DNA of 64,000 nucleotides, from assembly GCA_029268645.1 (NCBI GenBank), contig JAQWNI010000058.1, positions 905 to 64,904 on the forward strand. Reading direction: 5' to 3'. Source of the DNA: Myxococcota bacterium. Its GTDB lineage: Bacteria; Myxococcota_A; UBA9160; UBA4427. The notes under the pieces were generated by a model. That model did no database searches and was not told the DNA's origin. It saw nothing but the letters and a program-made list of their open reading frames with translations. Shown piece by piece: positions 1 through 8,406 of the stretch (position 1 is its first letter; each line of letters starts with the position of its first letter). Both the position numbers and the translations under genes were made by a program.

Positions 1-291
1 GGTCAGGCCCGCAAGCCCGTGTGGCTAGGCCCCGCCAGAGCTCACAATAGGCTGCGCTGGGCGGGTCGAGGCCCCGGACGCAATGGATTCAAGGCATGTA
101 AAAAGGACCGCTGATTCGGTGTTTGGATGGCTTCCTGCCGAGAAAGAAGAAATCCGGCAGCGCCGCATAGTCTGCTCAAGATGATTTTCTGTTGACCCAC
201 ACCATCCGCTTTTGCTCTTCAATGAAGATCTTGCTTCGATTGAGAGGCTGGGCAGATGTTTCGAAGTCGGCTGCTCAAGGCCACATTTGAT

Positions 292-2415
292 TTAAGCGGA
301 CGAAACTTCGATCGGAATGCCCGTCATGAAGGCTTGGCAGCTGATTGGCTCAAAGCTACCCGGCCCGCTTGGAAGCAGTACGTTGGCGTTGGCGCCGGGC
401 TCTTCACTCGCAAATCGGAGCGCCGGGGTTTTTCCATTGCCGCCGCCATGGGGCAGCGCTGCAGCCCCGCGCACCAGCCCCTTGTCCAAGGCCAGGGTAA
501 CTTCGATTTCGCCACTCTCGCTGCGAACGCATACGCGGTCTCCCTCTTTGAGGTCCCGAAGGGCGGCGTCTTCGGGATGCATCCAAAGCCGCGGTTCCCG
601 GTGACGGCGTCCTCGTACTTTTGGGAGATTTTGAAACCAACTGTTGTGCATCGAGGGTTCACGTTTGCTGATCAATTTGAGCTGATCAGCCGGTTCACTG
701 GCGAGCTCTTTAAAGATTGTTTCAACCCGGTCCACCGCCCCTTCCTCACGAAAGTAAGGCGGACAGCAGTCTACGCGGCGATCCTCAGTTTGAATCACCC
801 GATCGTAAAAATCGCCGGGCTCCGGCCGTTCCAGCGCGACAGTTTGGCGATCCGCCTGCTTGATCTCGTCGGTTGTGAGGCCGACGCGAGACAGCATGTG
901 ATCGAGTCGGGAAAACAGCGGCGGAGTCTCGCTCTGATCGAGGATGCTGCGATACCCCAGGGCCTGCTCCAATTTGCCAAGGATCCACCATTCGGGCTTA
1001 CGCTCGCCCCGGGGAGAAACCACTGGCTCGGCGACTTGGACAAAGGGCCGATGCTGCAATCCCAGGCCACAGAGGTTGAGATCGTGCCGCTCGAAACCAT
1101 CCGTCGCGGGGAGGACATAGTCTGCAAGCTGACCGGTTGCATTGCGGTAAAGATCCACCGTGACCAGCAGGTCGAGCTTTTCAAAAGCCTCTCGCATGCG
1201 CCTTTCGCCGCCGATCGTCAAAAGAGGGTTTCCGCTCACAACAAAGAGCGCTCGGATCGGATTCTCTTCAGCATTGATGAAGTCGGCGATCAGATTGCCC
1301 GGCAGCGAGCCTCGGATGCTACGGATGCGCCCCCATGGGCTCTCAAAGAAGTCCCGCCGCGAGTCGCGTCGCCCGGTTCGCGGAGCGTCCGGATAGAAGC
1401 CCGTTGCGTACAGGTTGCCCCCACGACGATCGAGATTGCCCGTCACGAACACCAGCATTTGCGTGAGCCAGTAGGCAATGGTGCCCTGCCGCCCCATATT
1501 CAGACCCGTCGACATGGTCGCCGACGCACTCCGAGCATCGGCAAATTCATGGGCGAGCGAAATAATTCGCTCTGCCGGAAGTCCAACGATCTCAGCCACA
1601 CGCTGGGCCGGGTATTGGCGCACAAAAGCCAACAATTCGTCCATGTGGGCCCCGTGGGCCTCGATGACGGATTTTTTCACGCGTCCGCTGTCCGCGATTT
1701 CACAAAGCAAAGCGGCCAGCAGATAGACGTCCGTATCGGGACGGACGAGGATCACTTCGTCGGTACTGGAGGCGCTTTCGATGGTGCGCGAGTTGATGTA
1801 CCGAACCGTTCCGCCTCGTTTTTGAATATCTTTGATCCGGCCCATGGGGTCCGCAATGCTGATGAAGCTCATGCGGGAAACCTGGGGATTGGAGCCCAGG
1901 ATCAAGAGGTAATCGGTGTGATCGAAGTCGGGAATCGGATGGCAGGTCGATGTCCCATAAACCCCTTCGCTTCCAGCGAACTTATTCGTACAGTCCTGCG
2001 TCCCCGAACTGAAGTTGCGCCGAACGCCCAGTTGACGCAGAAAGGAGATCGTGGCCGGTCCGCCCAGCGCATTGAACGCGATGGGGTTGCCGATGTAGGA
2101 ACCAAAGGCACCGGATCCATGTCGTTGATCAATTTCCTGAATTCGCTCGGCGATCTCTGAGATGGCCGTGTCCCAAGAAATTCGCTCAAAGCTTCCATCC
2201 GCCCGTCGGCGCTCTGGATCATTGCAACGGTCCGGGTCGCGGTGGAGTTCAAGCCCCGCCAAGCCCTTATTGCACGCAAACCCCTGAGTGACGGGGTGGG
2301 CCTTGTCGGGCTTTAATCCAACGAGCTCCCCCTCCTCAATCTGAGCCACGAGGCCACAACTGGGCTCGCAGACGCGGCAATAGGTGCTGGCTTCTTTCAC
2401 GCAATCGCCCTCCAA
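292..2415 (-). CDS. molybdopterin (bis-MGD) dependent oxidoreductase, catalytic subunit (formate dehydrogenase / nitrate reductase superfamily)
   Basis: 707-aa ORF. The N-terminus CRVCEPSCG...GFACNKG is the Cx2Cx3C...C 4Fe-4S motif of Mo/W bis-MGD enzymes. The ORF is uninterrupted, so no in-frame TGA/Sec. Start is ambiguous: TTG 2415, or GTG 2400 with GGAGGG 7 nt upstream. The 634-aa ORF on the opposite strand (256..2160) is a high-GC shadow ORF. Confidence 0.85.
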   Translation of the reverse strand: MEGDCVKEASTYCRVCEPSCGLVAQIEEGELVGLKPDKAHPVTQGFACNKGLAGLELHRDPDRCNDPERRRADGSFERISWDTAISEIAERIQEIDQRHGSGAFGSYIGNPIAFNALGGPATISFLRQLGVRRNFSSGTQDCTNKFAGSEGVYGTSTCHPIPDFDHTDYLLILGSNPQVSRMSFISIADPMGRIKDIQKRGGTVRYINSRTIESASSTDEVILVRPDTDVYLLAALLCEIADSGRVKKSVIEAHGAHMDELLAFVRQYPAQRVAEIVGLPAERIISLAHEFADARSASATMSTGLNMGRQGTIAYWLTQMLVFVTGNLDRRGGNLYATGFYPDAPRTGRRDSRRDFFESPWGRIRSIRGSLPGNLIADFINAEENPIRALFVVSGNPLLTIGGERRMREAFEKLDLLVTVDLYRNATGQLADYVLPATDGFERHDLNLCGLGLQHRPFVQVAEPVVSPRGERKPEWWILGKLEQALGYRSILDQSETPPLFSRLDHMLSRVGLTTDEIKQADRQTVALERPEPGDFYDRVIQTEDRRVDCCPPYFREEGAVDRVETIFKELASEPADQLKLISKREPSMHNSWFQNLPKVRGRRHREPRLWMHPEDAALRDLKEGDRVCVRSESGEIEVTLALDKGLVRGAAALPHGGGNGKTPALRFASEEPGANANVLLPSGPGSFEPISCQAFMTGIPIEVSSA

Positions 2416-2568
2416 AAGGACCCTCTCAGCTTCTCAGGTTTTCGAAACTGCTCCGTTGGCGGATCAACGATTCAGACCGAATCTCCAGGATATGCAGTAT
2501 ATCGGGATCCGGTTTAGAGGAATAGGGATCCGCGATTTCTTCCGGCCTCGGACTGCCAAATAGCCTCA

Positions 2569-2602
2569 CCTCCGCAGCGCGCTCTTGAGTGCGCTGCGGA
2601 GG
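2569..2602 (-). terminator. GC-rich perfect 12-bp hairpin (CCTCCGCAGCGC / GCGCTGCGGAGG, extendable to about 14 bp) about 40 nt after the stop of the 2642..4723 gene; terminator-like, weak U tract
   Basis: Perfect inverted repeat read directly from the sequence. On the minus strand it is followed by TGAGGCTATTTGG, a poor U run. It lies between two same-strand genes. Confidence 0.45.
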
Positions 2603-2641
2603 AGGAACTAGGCCCTGAGAATTGTACGGAGGCTGATCTTT

Positions 2642-4723
2642 CTAGAAGCCGCCTTCTGTAGGACGGCGTTCCGGTACGCAGTCGCATCCTCGGGCACGTG
2701 CGCGGCAGATCCACTCGGACTCTTTCCGGTCCCATCGGTAGCAGGCATGCGGCCTTGGCTTGCCCCAATCATCATCTCTAATCCGAAAGCGAATCTGAGT
2801 GGAGTCCTGCGGGTGCTGAGGGATGTGCACCGCTTCGCCGGTGATCGGATCTGTCCAATACGAACCGACATCGAGAATCGTCTCGGTTTGGACTTCCTGA
2901 CCAGTCAAACCATCTTTTGAAACCAGCTCTAGGCTCAGGCCGGTGCAAACAACGTCTGAGAAATCGGATCGCCATTGAGTCTTGCCCTGAACAGGGCCAA
3001 GGACTGGATGCAGGTAGGCGTCTTCTTCGAATTCTCCGTCCGGGTCCTCGGGCAAGCCAGGTCGCACACCACAATACTGATCAGGACTTTCGTCGGGGAT
3101 ACCATCGTTATTGTTGTCAATGGTTTCGCCGTCCGTTCCGTCCTCGCAAGCCCGGTGTGTCGTGCCTCCCGGAAATGCTGCCGGCAGGATCGTATCCGTG
3201 TAGTTGATCCCAGCTGGCCAACCGCCAAATGTGGGAAACTGTTCTTCACCCGATCCATTCGACTCGAGGATATAGGGCGTATCAGCCCTTTGCTCGGGAA
3301 TCGGCCCAAGTGGATTAGGGTCGCGATTGAGAATGACCCCCTCGCAGGTAAGAATCGATAGGGTTTGGCTTTGGCTCACCGGATTGAAGGCCGATATGGC
3401 TTCGGGGTTCGATGCAAATACTTCGCTCGCTTCGATTTCCCAGACGGATTCAAGGGCCACGTCTCGTGCCATGGCGGTCAACTGGTCAGGAAATTGGGCT
3501 CGCTTCCAATGCACAGCGCCTTCCGCGGTGACTTGGTACGGTCGCACACGGATGGAGCTGGCTTCGAACCGTGGTGCGATCACACGGCGCTGGCAGGGCA
3601 TACACTCCGACGTCCAAAGGTCCAACAATGCGTTCAATTCATCGAGCTCGGCGTCAAGTTTTTCGGCCAAAGAAAAATCAAGAATTTGGCTATGGGCCCG
3701 AATCATTGAAACCCAGCCGATCACCGACTCAATACTGCGTTTGACGGTCAGGGCATGCACTTCAGAAGTCTTCGACTTGCGTGCAATTTCATCAGCGTAA
3801 TAAGATGTGGCGGCGATATCGGCACCCACATGGTCTTCGGTGGCCCCACTGACCACGCTGCTTAGGTCCTTGAAAGTGAAGAGCAGCTCTACACTCGCAG
3901 TCACCAGTGGCGGCCAGGCCGCGACCCAGGAACCCAACTGAACAGCACACACATAGCCATTTTGGATTCTCAGAGGCAAGGGTGCGATGAGACTCTTCGC
4001 GATCGAGCATGCTTGCGCGCGCCAAATGGCCTTGAGCAAGGGCGGATGGGTTTCACTCGTGATGTGAATCAGATCGAAGAGGGCCTTTACGAATTGCTTG
4101 GGGCACCCCACTTGTCCATTGGCGGCGATGACTAGAATCTCGCCCAACTGAGATTCGAGAGCCTCCTGTAGTTCGGTAACCAGGATGCTGGTGTAGAGAT
4201 CGATCAGCGGTTCAATGGAGACAATAAAATTTTCCATACTCAGAAGGAAAGTTCGCTCGGCGGCGCGTGCAGACCGGCCGGGTGTGAATCCCTCGAGTCC
4301 GTTTTTCTCTGCGCCGGCCAGAAAAGTATCCAACCAGACCCAATCAACTTCTTGCATGAGTTCCGCCACTGCGGTCCACAGCTCCGGACCCAATTCCAAC
4401 TCGTCTGAAATGAACTCATGGCCGGAGACCGTCTGATATCCGATGACATTCAGGCGGGGCAGCGCCTCGGGGTTCTCGAGTGACGGCGGCGAGTCCGAAG
4501 CATCCAGATAGATTTCCACCTCGAAGCGGCTGAACTGGCCGCCTTCAGTCCCGCCCACCCGGATCGTATAGAGCGGCTCCGAGGCCTCCACCGGGGGAGG
4601 CGAGTTGGCAAGGACGGGCGGAGCGAGGACCACCCAAGTGAGGAGTGCGAACAGCCACTTCCCGATTGTTGAGGTTCTCCTCGCGAATTCGATGGGGCGC
4701 GTTTGGGCAGATTCGATCAACAT
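2642..4723 (-). CDS. hypothetical secreted Cys-rich protein (no recognised domain apart from one thrombospondin-type-3-like Ca-binding loop)
   Basis: Long ORF. Preferred start is ATG 4723, preceded by AGGAGG-N8 (the ORF track starts at TTG 4768). Signal-peptide-like KWLFALLTWVVLAPPVLANSPPP. 13 Cys. DNNNDGIPDESPDQYC resembles DxDxDGxxDxxDxC. Confidence 0.7.
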   Translation of the reverse strand: MLIESAQTRPIEFARRTSTIGKWLFALLTWVVLAPPVLANSPPPVEASEPLYTIRVGGTEGGQFSRFEVEIYLDASDSPPSLENPEALPRLNVIGYQTVSGHEFISDELELGPELWTAVAELMQEVDWVWLDTFLAGAEKNGLEGFTPGRSARAAERTFLLSMENFIVSIEPLIDLYTSILVTELQEALESQLGEILVIAANGQVGCPKQFVKALFDLIHITSETHPPLLKAIWRAQACSIAKSLIAPLPLRIQNGYVCAVQLGSWVAAWPPLVTASVELLFTFKDLSSVVSGATEDHVGADIAATSYYADEIARKSKTSEVHALTVKRSIESVIGWVSMIRAHSQILDFSLAEKLDAELDELNALLDLWTSECMPCQRRVIAPRFEASSIRVRPYQVTAEGAVHWKRAQFPDQLTAMARDVALESVWEIEASEVFASNPEAISAFNPVSQSQTLSILTCEGVILNRDPNPLGPIPEQRADTPYILESNGSGEEQFPTFGGWPAGINYTDTILPAAFPGGTTHRACEDGTDGETIDNNNDGIPDESPDQYCGVRPGLPEDPDGEFEEDAYLHPVLGPVQGKTQWRSDFSDVVCTGLSLELVSKDGLTGQEVQTETILDVGSYWTDPITGEAVHIPQHPQDSTQIRFRIRDDDWGKPRPHACYRWDRKESEWICRARARGCDCVPERRPTEGGF

Positions 4724-4808
4724 TGGATTGGCCTCCTGGGGCGTCCAGCGATGGGAACGACCTCTCAATTAATGGGGGGCTCCTGATTTTGATTCCTACT
4801 GGTCTTTT

Positions 4809-4859
4809 AATACCTATTGGTATTACAATATCATTAGTATTATAATACCTATTGGTATC
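4809..4859. promoter_or_regulatory. pair of operator-like palindromes AATACC-TATT-GGTAT(T), centres 35 bp apart, inside a 90-nt AT-rich island
   Basis: Copies at 4809..4824 and 4844..4858 are identical over AATACCTATTGGTAT. Each has 6-bp inverted arms around a 4-bp spacer. The surrounding 4781..4870 is about 27% G+C by hand count, in a G+C-rich context. Confidence 0.55.
4817..4846 (+). promoter_or_regulatory. candidate sigma70-type promoter TTGGTA-N18-TATAAT on the plus strand
   Basis: -35-like TTGGTA at 4817..4822 and perfect TATAAT at 4841..4846. The two palindromes overlap the -35 element and the -10/+1 region. I could not find an equally good -35/-10 pair on the minus strand. Confidence 0.35.
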
Positions 4860-5100
4860 TTAAAAAGATCAACGGAATTGACCTGCCGAGCCGTGGGGTT
4901 TCGGCCAGGGTCATTGTTCGTCCCGAAATCCAGCGCAGAAAGCGCACTTCAACCGCGAAGCCTCGCCGGGTCGGCGCCGAGGCGGGGTTCAGGGCGCGGG
5001 TTCAGGCGAGGGACACCATCGAGTGAAGGCGGTTCACCCTGCCCCTTGTTGATCAGCCGGCGTGCGCCCTACCCCTATGAATTGGGGGTAGGCTTTTTCT
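4853..5100 (+). ncRNA. candidate ~250-nt non-coding transcript (promoter-to-terminator interval without a credible ORF); unclassified
   Basis: Bracketed by the promoter above and the terminator at 5068..5100. The only ORF (4878..5120, Arg/Gly/Ser/Pro-rich) reads through the terminator. The interior is GC-rich with several local hairpins, e.g. GCCTCG...CGAGGC at about 4960..4986. I recognise no Rfam family. Confidence 0.25.
5068..5100 (+). terminator. intrinsic-terminator-like hairpin CCTACCCC-(9 nt)-GGGGTAGG followed by CTTTTTCT, plus-strand orientation
   Basis: 8-bp stem (5068..5075 / 5085..5092) followed by a T5 run. There is no T run in the minus-strand orientation. It overlaps the last codons of the minus-strand cupin gene. 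Confidence 0.5.
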
Positions 5101-5419
5101 CGACGAGCAGTTCCCGATAGGGCTCAGGGCCCGCATTTCGAGCGGAGTGTGTCACGGGAACGCGCTTCGACTCGTCGCCTATGATGACCAATTCATCGCC
5201 TTCAATCCGCAAGGCCACCAGGTCTCCATCGGCCAAGACGAGTGGCTCAAGCGGCTTTCCGTTCGCATCGAATACGTCGAGGGTCGACCCCTTGATGACG
5301 TAGAAGACGTACTCCATGCGATGGGTATGAATGGGCGTCTCCTCACCCGGGGCAAGATTGAAATCCCAAACTTTGATCTTGTCGTCTTCAAAGAGCACGT
5401 TCGATCCGACATCACCCAT
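5075..5419 (-). CDS. cupin domain protein
   Basis: 114 aa. Contains the cupin-like PGEETPIHTHRMEYVFYVIKG motif. AAGGAG lies 6 nt upstream of the ATG. Confidence 0.8.
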   Translation of the reverse strand: MGDVGSNVLFEDDKIKVWDFNLAPGEETPIHTHRMEYVFYVIKGSTLDVFDANGKPLEPLVLADGDLVALRIEGDELVIIGDESKRVPVTHSARNAGPEPYRELLVEKKPTPNS

Positions 5420-5574
5420 TTTGAGCTCCTTCTCGAGTGGCGGGCAAGATCAGTGAAGGCCTCCGCCTTCTCAAAGAGGCCTCGGGCCACACATACGCCA
5501 TTGGCGAGGCCCTTAGGCCCTTCCTATTTCCATCCGTCATCAAAAAGAATACGCTGCCTATCCTACCGGGACGG

Positions 5575-5958
5575 ATGCCTTTTACGAAAGGAAAAAGTGC
5601 GGTGAAGACTCCCCTCCTCTACAAGCTGGTCCATCAGGCACTCTGGAAAAAGGCGCAGAAAGTCGAATTCTGGGCGGGGAGCCCGGACGACCTCCGAGAT
5701 GGCTTTATTCACCTCTCGACCAGAGAGCAGCTCGCAGGCACGCTCCGAGAGCACTTGGCAGGCGAAAGCTCGGTTCTCGTCCTGGGCGTTGACGTGTCGG
5801 GGCCCGACCTTCACTGGGAACACTCGCGAAACGGTTTGCTCTTTCCCCACTGGTACGCGCCTTTACCTCGCGCATCCATCCAGCTGATCAAGCCCATTCC
5901 ATTGAGAGATGGAATCCATCAAGTTCCTGGCCTGCCCGATTCGCCCGGGCCAGCCTGA
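5575..5958 (+). CDS. DUF952 family protein
   Basis: The sequence ...SPDDLRDGFIHLSTREQLAGTL...LVLGVD...LHWEHSRNGLLFPHWYAPLP matches the DUF952 pattern as I recall it. Start is uncertain (ATG 5575 or GTG 5602); the ORF-track start at 5437 is probably too early. Confidence 0.7.
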   Translation: MPFTKGKSAVKTPLLYKLVHQALWKKAQKVEFWAGSPDDLRDGFIHLSTREQLAGTLREHLAGESSVLVLGVDVSGPDLHWEHSRNGLLFPHWYAPLPRASIQLIKPIPLRDGIHQVPGLPDSPGPA

Positions 5959-7343
5959 AGCCCACCGGATGTCTCGTCGAGGGTTTGCTGGATCTGTTCT
6001 AGGGTCAGGCCGCGCGTCTCGGGCGCGTACCGAAGAACCAAGAGGGCACCGATGACAGGGCCAATCGCCACCACAGCAATCGCGTTCTGAATGCCACCGA
6101 TGGGGACAATTAATGCCCCGATCGCCATCGGGGTGAGCACCTCGGTGAAACGACCCAGGAAATTCGTTGTCCAGCCGTAGCCGGTTGCTCGAATTTCGGT
6201 CGGAAAGAGTTCCGAGGCATAAACATGCGTTGCAGTCATCGCAGCCCCAAAAGAGAAAACCGTTGCGACCATCCAAAAGTACTGCCCGGAAACAGTCGGG
6301 TGGTGGTAAAGCCAATAAATTGAAATCGCAGCCGTCACATAAAAGAAGGAACATGAAATTTTTCGACCAATTCGGTCAATCAGCCAACCGGCCACAAAAT
6401 GACCGGCCACGCCCCCGCCATACCCCCAAAAAACGATGTCTCCCACTTGGGTCGTCGAAAGGCCGAGGTCCTCTCGGGCATAGATCACCCAGTACACGAC
6501 GGAAGGCGCTGTCACGAGGTGCGTGCAGTTCCAAAGCAAGGCCACGATGGCCGTCCGCTTTCGATAGAGCGGCTGCCACGGACGAACTGCATTTTCCCAA
6601 TGAGCCTTCCAATCGATTCCTTGCGATTCGCCTTTCAGTTCGTCTTGCTCGGCTTCAAAACGTCGGGTCTCACGGAGGGTAAACCGCAGACCGAGGATTA
6701 GGATCAGTGGGATTGCGCCGAGTGCATAGAGAGCCCGCCAACCGTCGGCTTGAGACTCGAGGCCCAAAGCAGCCTGCCCCCAAAGCACAATCGACATTCC
6801 GAGTTCGTGGAGCCAACCGCCCTGCTGACCATCCGGGATCAGGACGAAGGGCTGCACTTTCGCCATCACCATCACACCGACCGTGGCAAGGCTGGTTAAG
6901 ATCGCAATGGCTCGGCCACGGAGGCGCGCAGGGTATTCTTCACCGATCATGATGACGGCGAGAGCGTATTCCGTTGTCAAGAAGAGACGAGCAAAAAACT
7001 GAGCGACGACAAAACCGGTCGAAGTTTCCACAAAAGCCGTCAAGCCATTGGCCACCGCAAAGCCCGCCACTGTGACCATCATGACAAAACGCCGACCCAC
7101 CCGATCGGCCGTGAGCATAAAGAAGAATGAAGCCAGGACACCCATGCGGGTCAGTCCGGAAATAAATCCCCAATTTTCTAAACTAATGCCCAACGTCTTC
7201 CGCACGTCCGGTGCAGCAAAGCTCAGCATCGCCGCATCGAAACCTTCGAAGATGGTGGCTGAGGAGAGCAGGAGGAACAGAGAGATCAGATAGGGGTTCA
7301 GCCGATCGGCTTCGAGTTGCTTCCTGTCGTTCATGGACCCCAC
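5919..7343 (-). CDS. MFS transporter
   Basis: 474 aa, polytopic. Carries MFS motif A (ADRVGRRFVMMVT). Start is GTG 7343 or ATG 7334. Confidence 0.85.
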   Translation of the reverse strand: MGSMNDRKQLEADRLNPYLISLFLLLSSATIFEGFDAAMLSFAAPDVRKTLGISLENWGFISGLTRMGVLASFFFMLTADRVGRRFVMMVTVAGFAVANGLTAFVETSTGFVVAQFFARLFLTTEYALAVIMIGEEYPARLRGRAIAILTSLATVGVMVMAKVQPFVLIPDGQQGGWLHELGMSIVLWGQAALGLESQADGWRALYALGAIPLILILGLRFTLRETRRFEAEQDELKGESQGIDWKAHWENAVRPWQPLYRKRTAIVALLWNCTHLVTAPSVVYWVIYAREDLGLSTTQVGDIVFWGYGGGVAGHFVAGWLIDRIGRKISCSFFYVTAAISIYWLYHHPTVSGQYFWMVATVFSFGAAMTATHVYASELFPTEIRATGYGWTTNFLGRFTEVLTPMAIGALIVPIGGIQNAIAVVAIGPVIGALLVLRYAPETRGLTLEQIQQTLDETSGGLQAGPGESGRPGT

Positions 7344-7434
7344 GCTAGCATTTGAGGCTACTTCTGAGAGGTGTGGCCTGAATGTCCTATTGGCATCTAC
7401 CGGGGAGCCGCAATGTCATGGATACTCCACTTCA

Positions 7435-8202
7435 ATGGAAAACAATGAACGGAAGATCTCTGTTTGTGTTCCGACATTAAACGAAGAACATAATTTGAGG
7501 GACTGCCTGAAGTCTGTGGGCTTTGCCGATGAGATCATCGTGATCGATTCCGGAAGCACTGACAAGACACTCGAAATCGCTCGAGAGTTTACGGACCGCG
7601 TTTACAGTCGCGCTTGGCAAGGCATCGCTCGCCAAAGGCAGTTTGCGATGGAGCAAGCACGCTCTGAATGGGTACTTCATCTCGATGCCGACGAACGCGT
7701 CTCGGACTTACTGTCTCAAGAAATCAGAATCGAACTATCAAAGGAGCCTTTGGAAGAGGCCGGTTTTTCCATGCCTCGAAAGACTCGCTATCTAGGCCGC
7801 TGGATCCTGCATGGTGGATGGTATCCCGACCGTAAGATTCGACTTGTAAGACGCGAGCTGAGCCATTGTCGAGGGGATGGGCTTCACGATCACATTGAAG
7901 TCTCAGGAGCAGTCAAACCTTTCGTGAATCCAATTCACCACTACACGTATCGCCATCTCTCCGATCACTTAAAAACGATTGACGAGTTCTCTTCTGTCAG
8001 CCTAGATGATCCGTCTATTCAAAGCAGTCGCCTGCCAGCCCTCCAAATGATCGTCCGTCCGATTGTAAAGTTCGTCTCTTGCTATCTCTTGAAGCAAGGC
8101 TTTCGAGACGGCATCCCGGGGTTGATCATCTCTGTCAATAGTGCTTTTTACGTCTTCCTCAAGCACGCCAAAATCTGGGAAAGGGACTCCGGGTTGAAGT
8201 GA
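7435..8202 (+). CDS. glycosyltransferase family 2
   Basis: ISVCVPTLNEEHNLRDCLKSVGFADEIIVIDSGSTDKT and LDADE are GT2 (GT-A) signatures. Start is placed at ATG 7435 (MENNERK), not at the ORF-track start 7333. Confidence 0.85.
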   Translation: MENNERKISVCVPTLNEEHNLRDCLKSVGFADEIIVIDSGSTDKTLEIAREFTDRVYSRAWQGIARQRQFAMEQARSEWVLHLDADERVSDLLSQEIRIELSKEPLEEAGFSMPRKTRYLGRWILHGGWYPDRKIRLVRRELSHCRGDGLHDHIEVSGAVKPFVNPIHHYTYRHLSDHLKTIDEFSSVSLDDPSIQSSRLPALQMIVRPIVKFVSCYLLKQGFRDGIPGLIISVNSAFYVFLKHAKIWERDSGLK

Positions 8203-8406
8203 CCGGGGACCTAGGCGGCCTCAAGTCGTCCGTCGGACCAGAGGGGCTCATGCGTCTTGCCCATTGACGCAATCGCTGGCCTTCCCCGGGACTCCAGTGC
8301 TAAATTCGACTCTCTCGAAGCAGCCGAGCGGGCTGGTCTATCGGTCCATTCAACTCAAGGCACCGAATTCGACAGCCGGTTGCCACCGCCATGGAGACCT
8401 TCAATC

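Noticed and set aside
25-222. 65-aa minus-strand ORF and other short ORFs downstream of the molybdoenzyme gene at the window start
   Set aside because: No RBS, no motif, and an unconvincing composition. I left 1..291 unannotated.
256-2160. 634-aa plus-strand ORF, with similar long antisense ORFs at 23210..24037, 29934..30848, 31566..32309, 42434..43096, 45236..46102, 50208..51008 and 60690..61841
   Set aside because: Each lies antisense to a gene with clear family motifs. Their translations are Arg/Gly/Pro/Ser-rich and low-complexity with no motifs. These are typical shadow ORFs of G+C-rich DNA.
292-2415. Selenocysteine-containing formate dehydrogenase
   Set aside because: The ORF is continuous with no in-frame TGA, and no SECIS-like context is needed.
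2416-2641. Possible Moco riboswitch or other leader upstream of the molybdoenzyme gene
   Set aside because: The dominant structure is a simple perfect hairpin, better explained as the terminator of the upstream gene. I could not recognise the conserved Moco-motif core by eye. A cmscan would be needed, so I make no claim.
4827-4842. Third, central copy of the AATACC-N4-GGTAT palindrome (AATATCATTAGTATTA)
   Set aside because: It matches the consensus arms only partially and is not a convincing inverted repeat. I report two sites only.
5919-5958. 40-nt convergent overlap of the DUF952 and MFS genes, with a 13-nt overlap of GH43/BASS at 30303..30315
   Set aside because: Short convergent 3' overlaps are common in compact genomes. 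No additional structure was seen.
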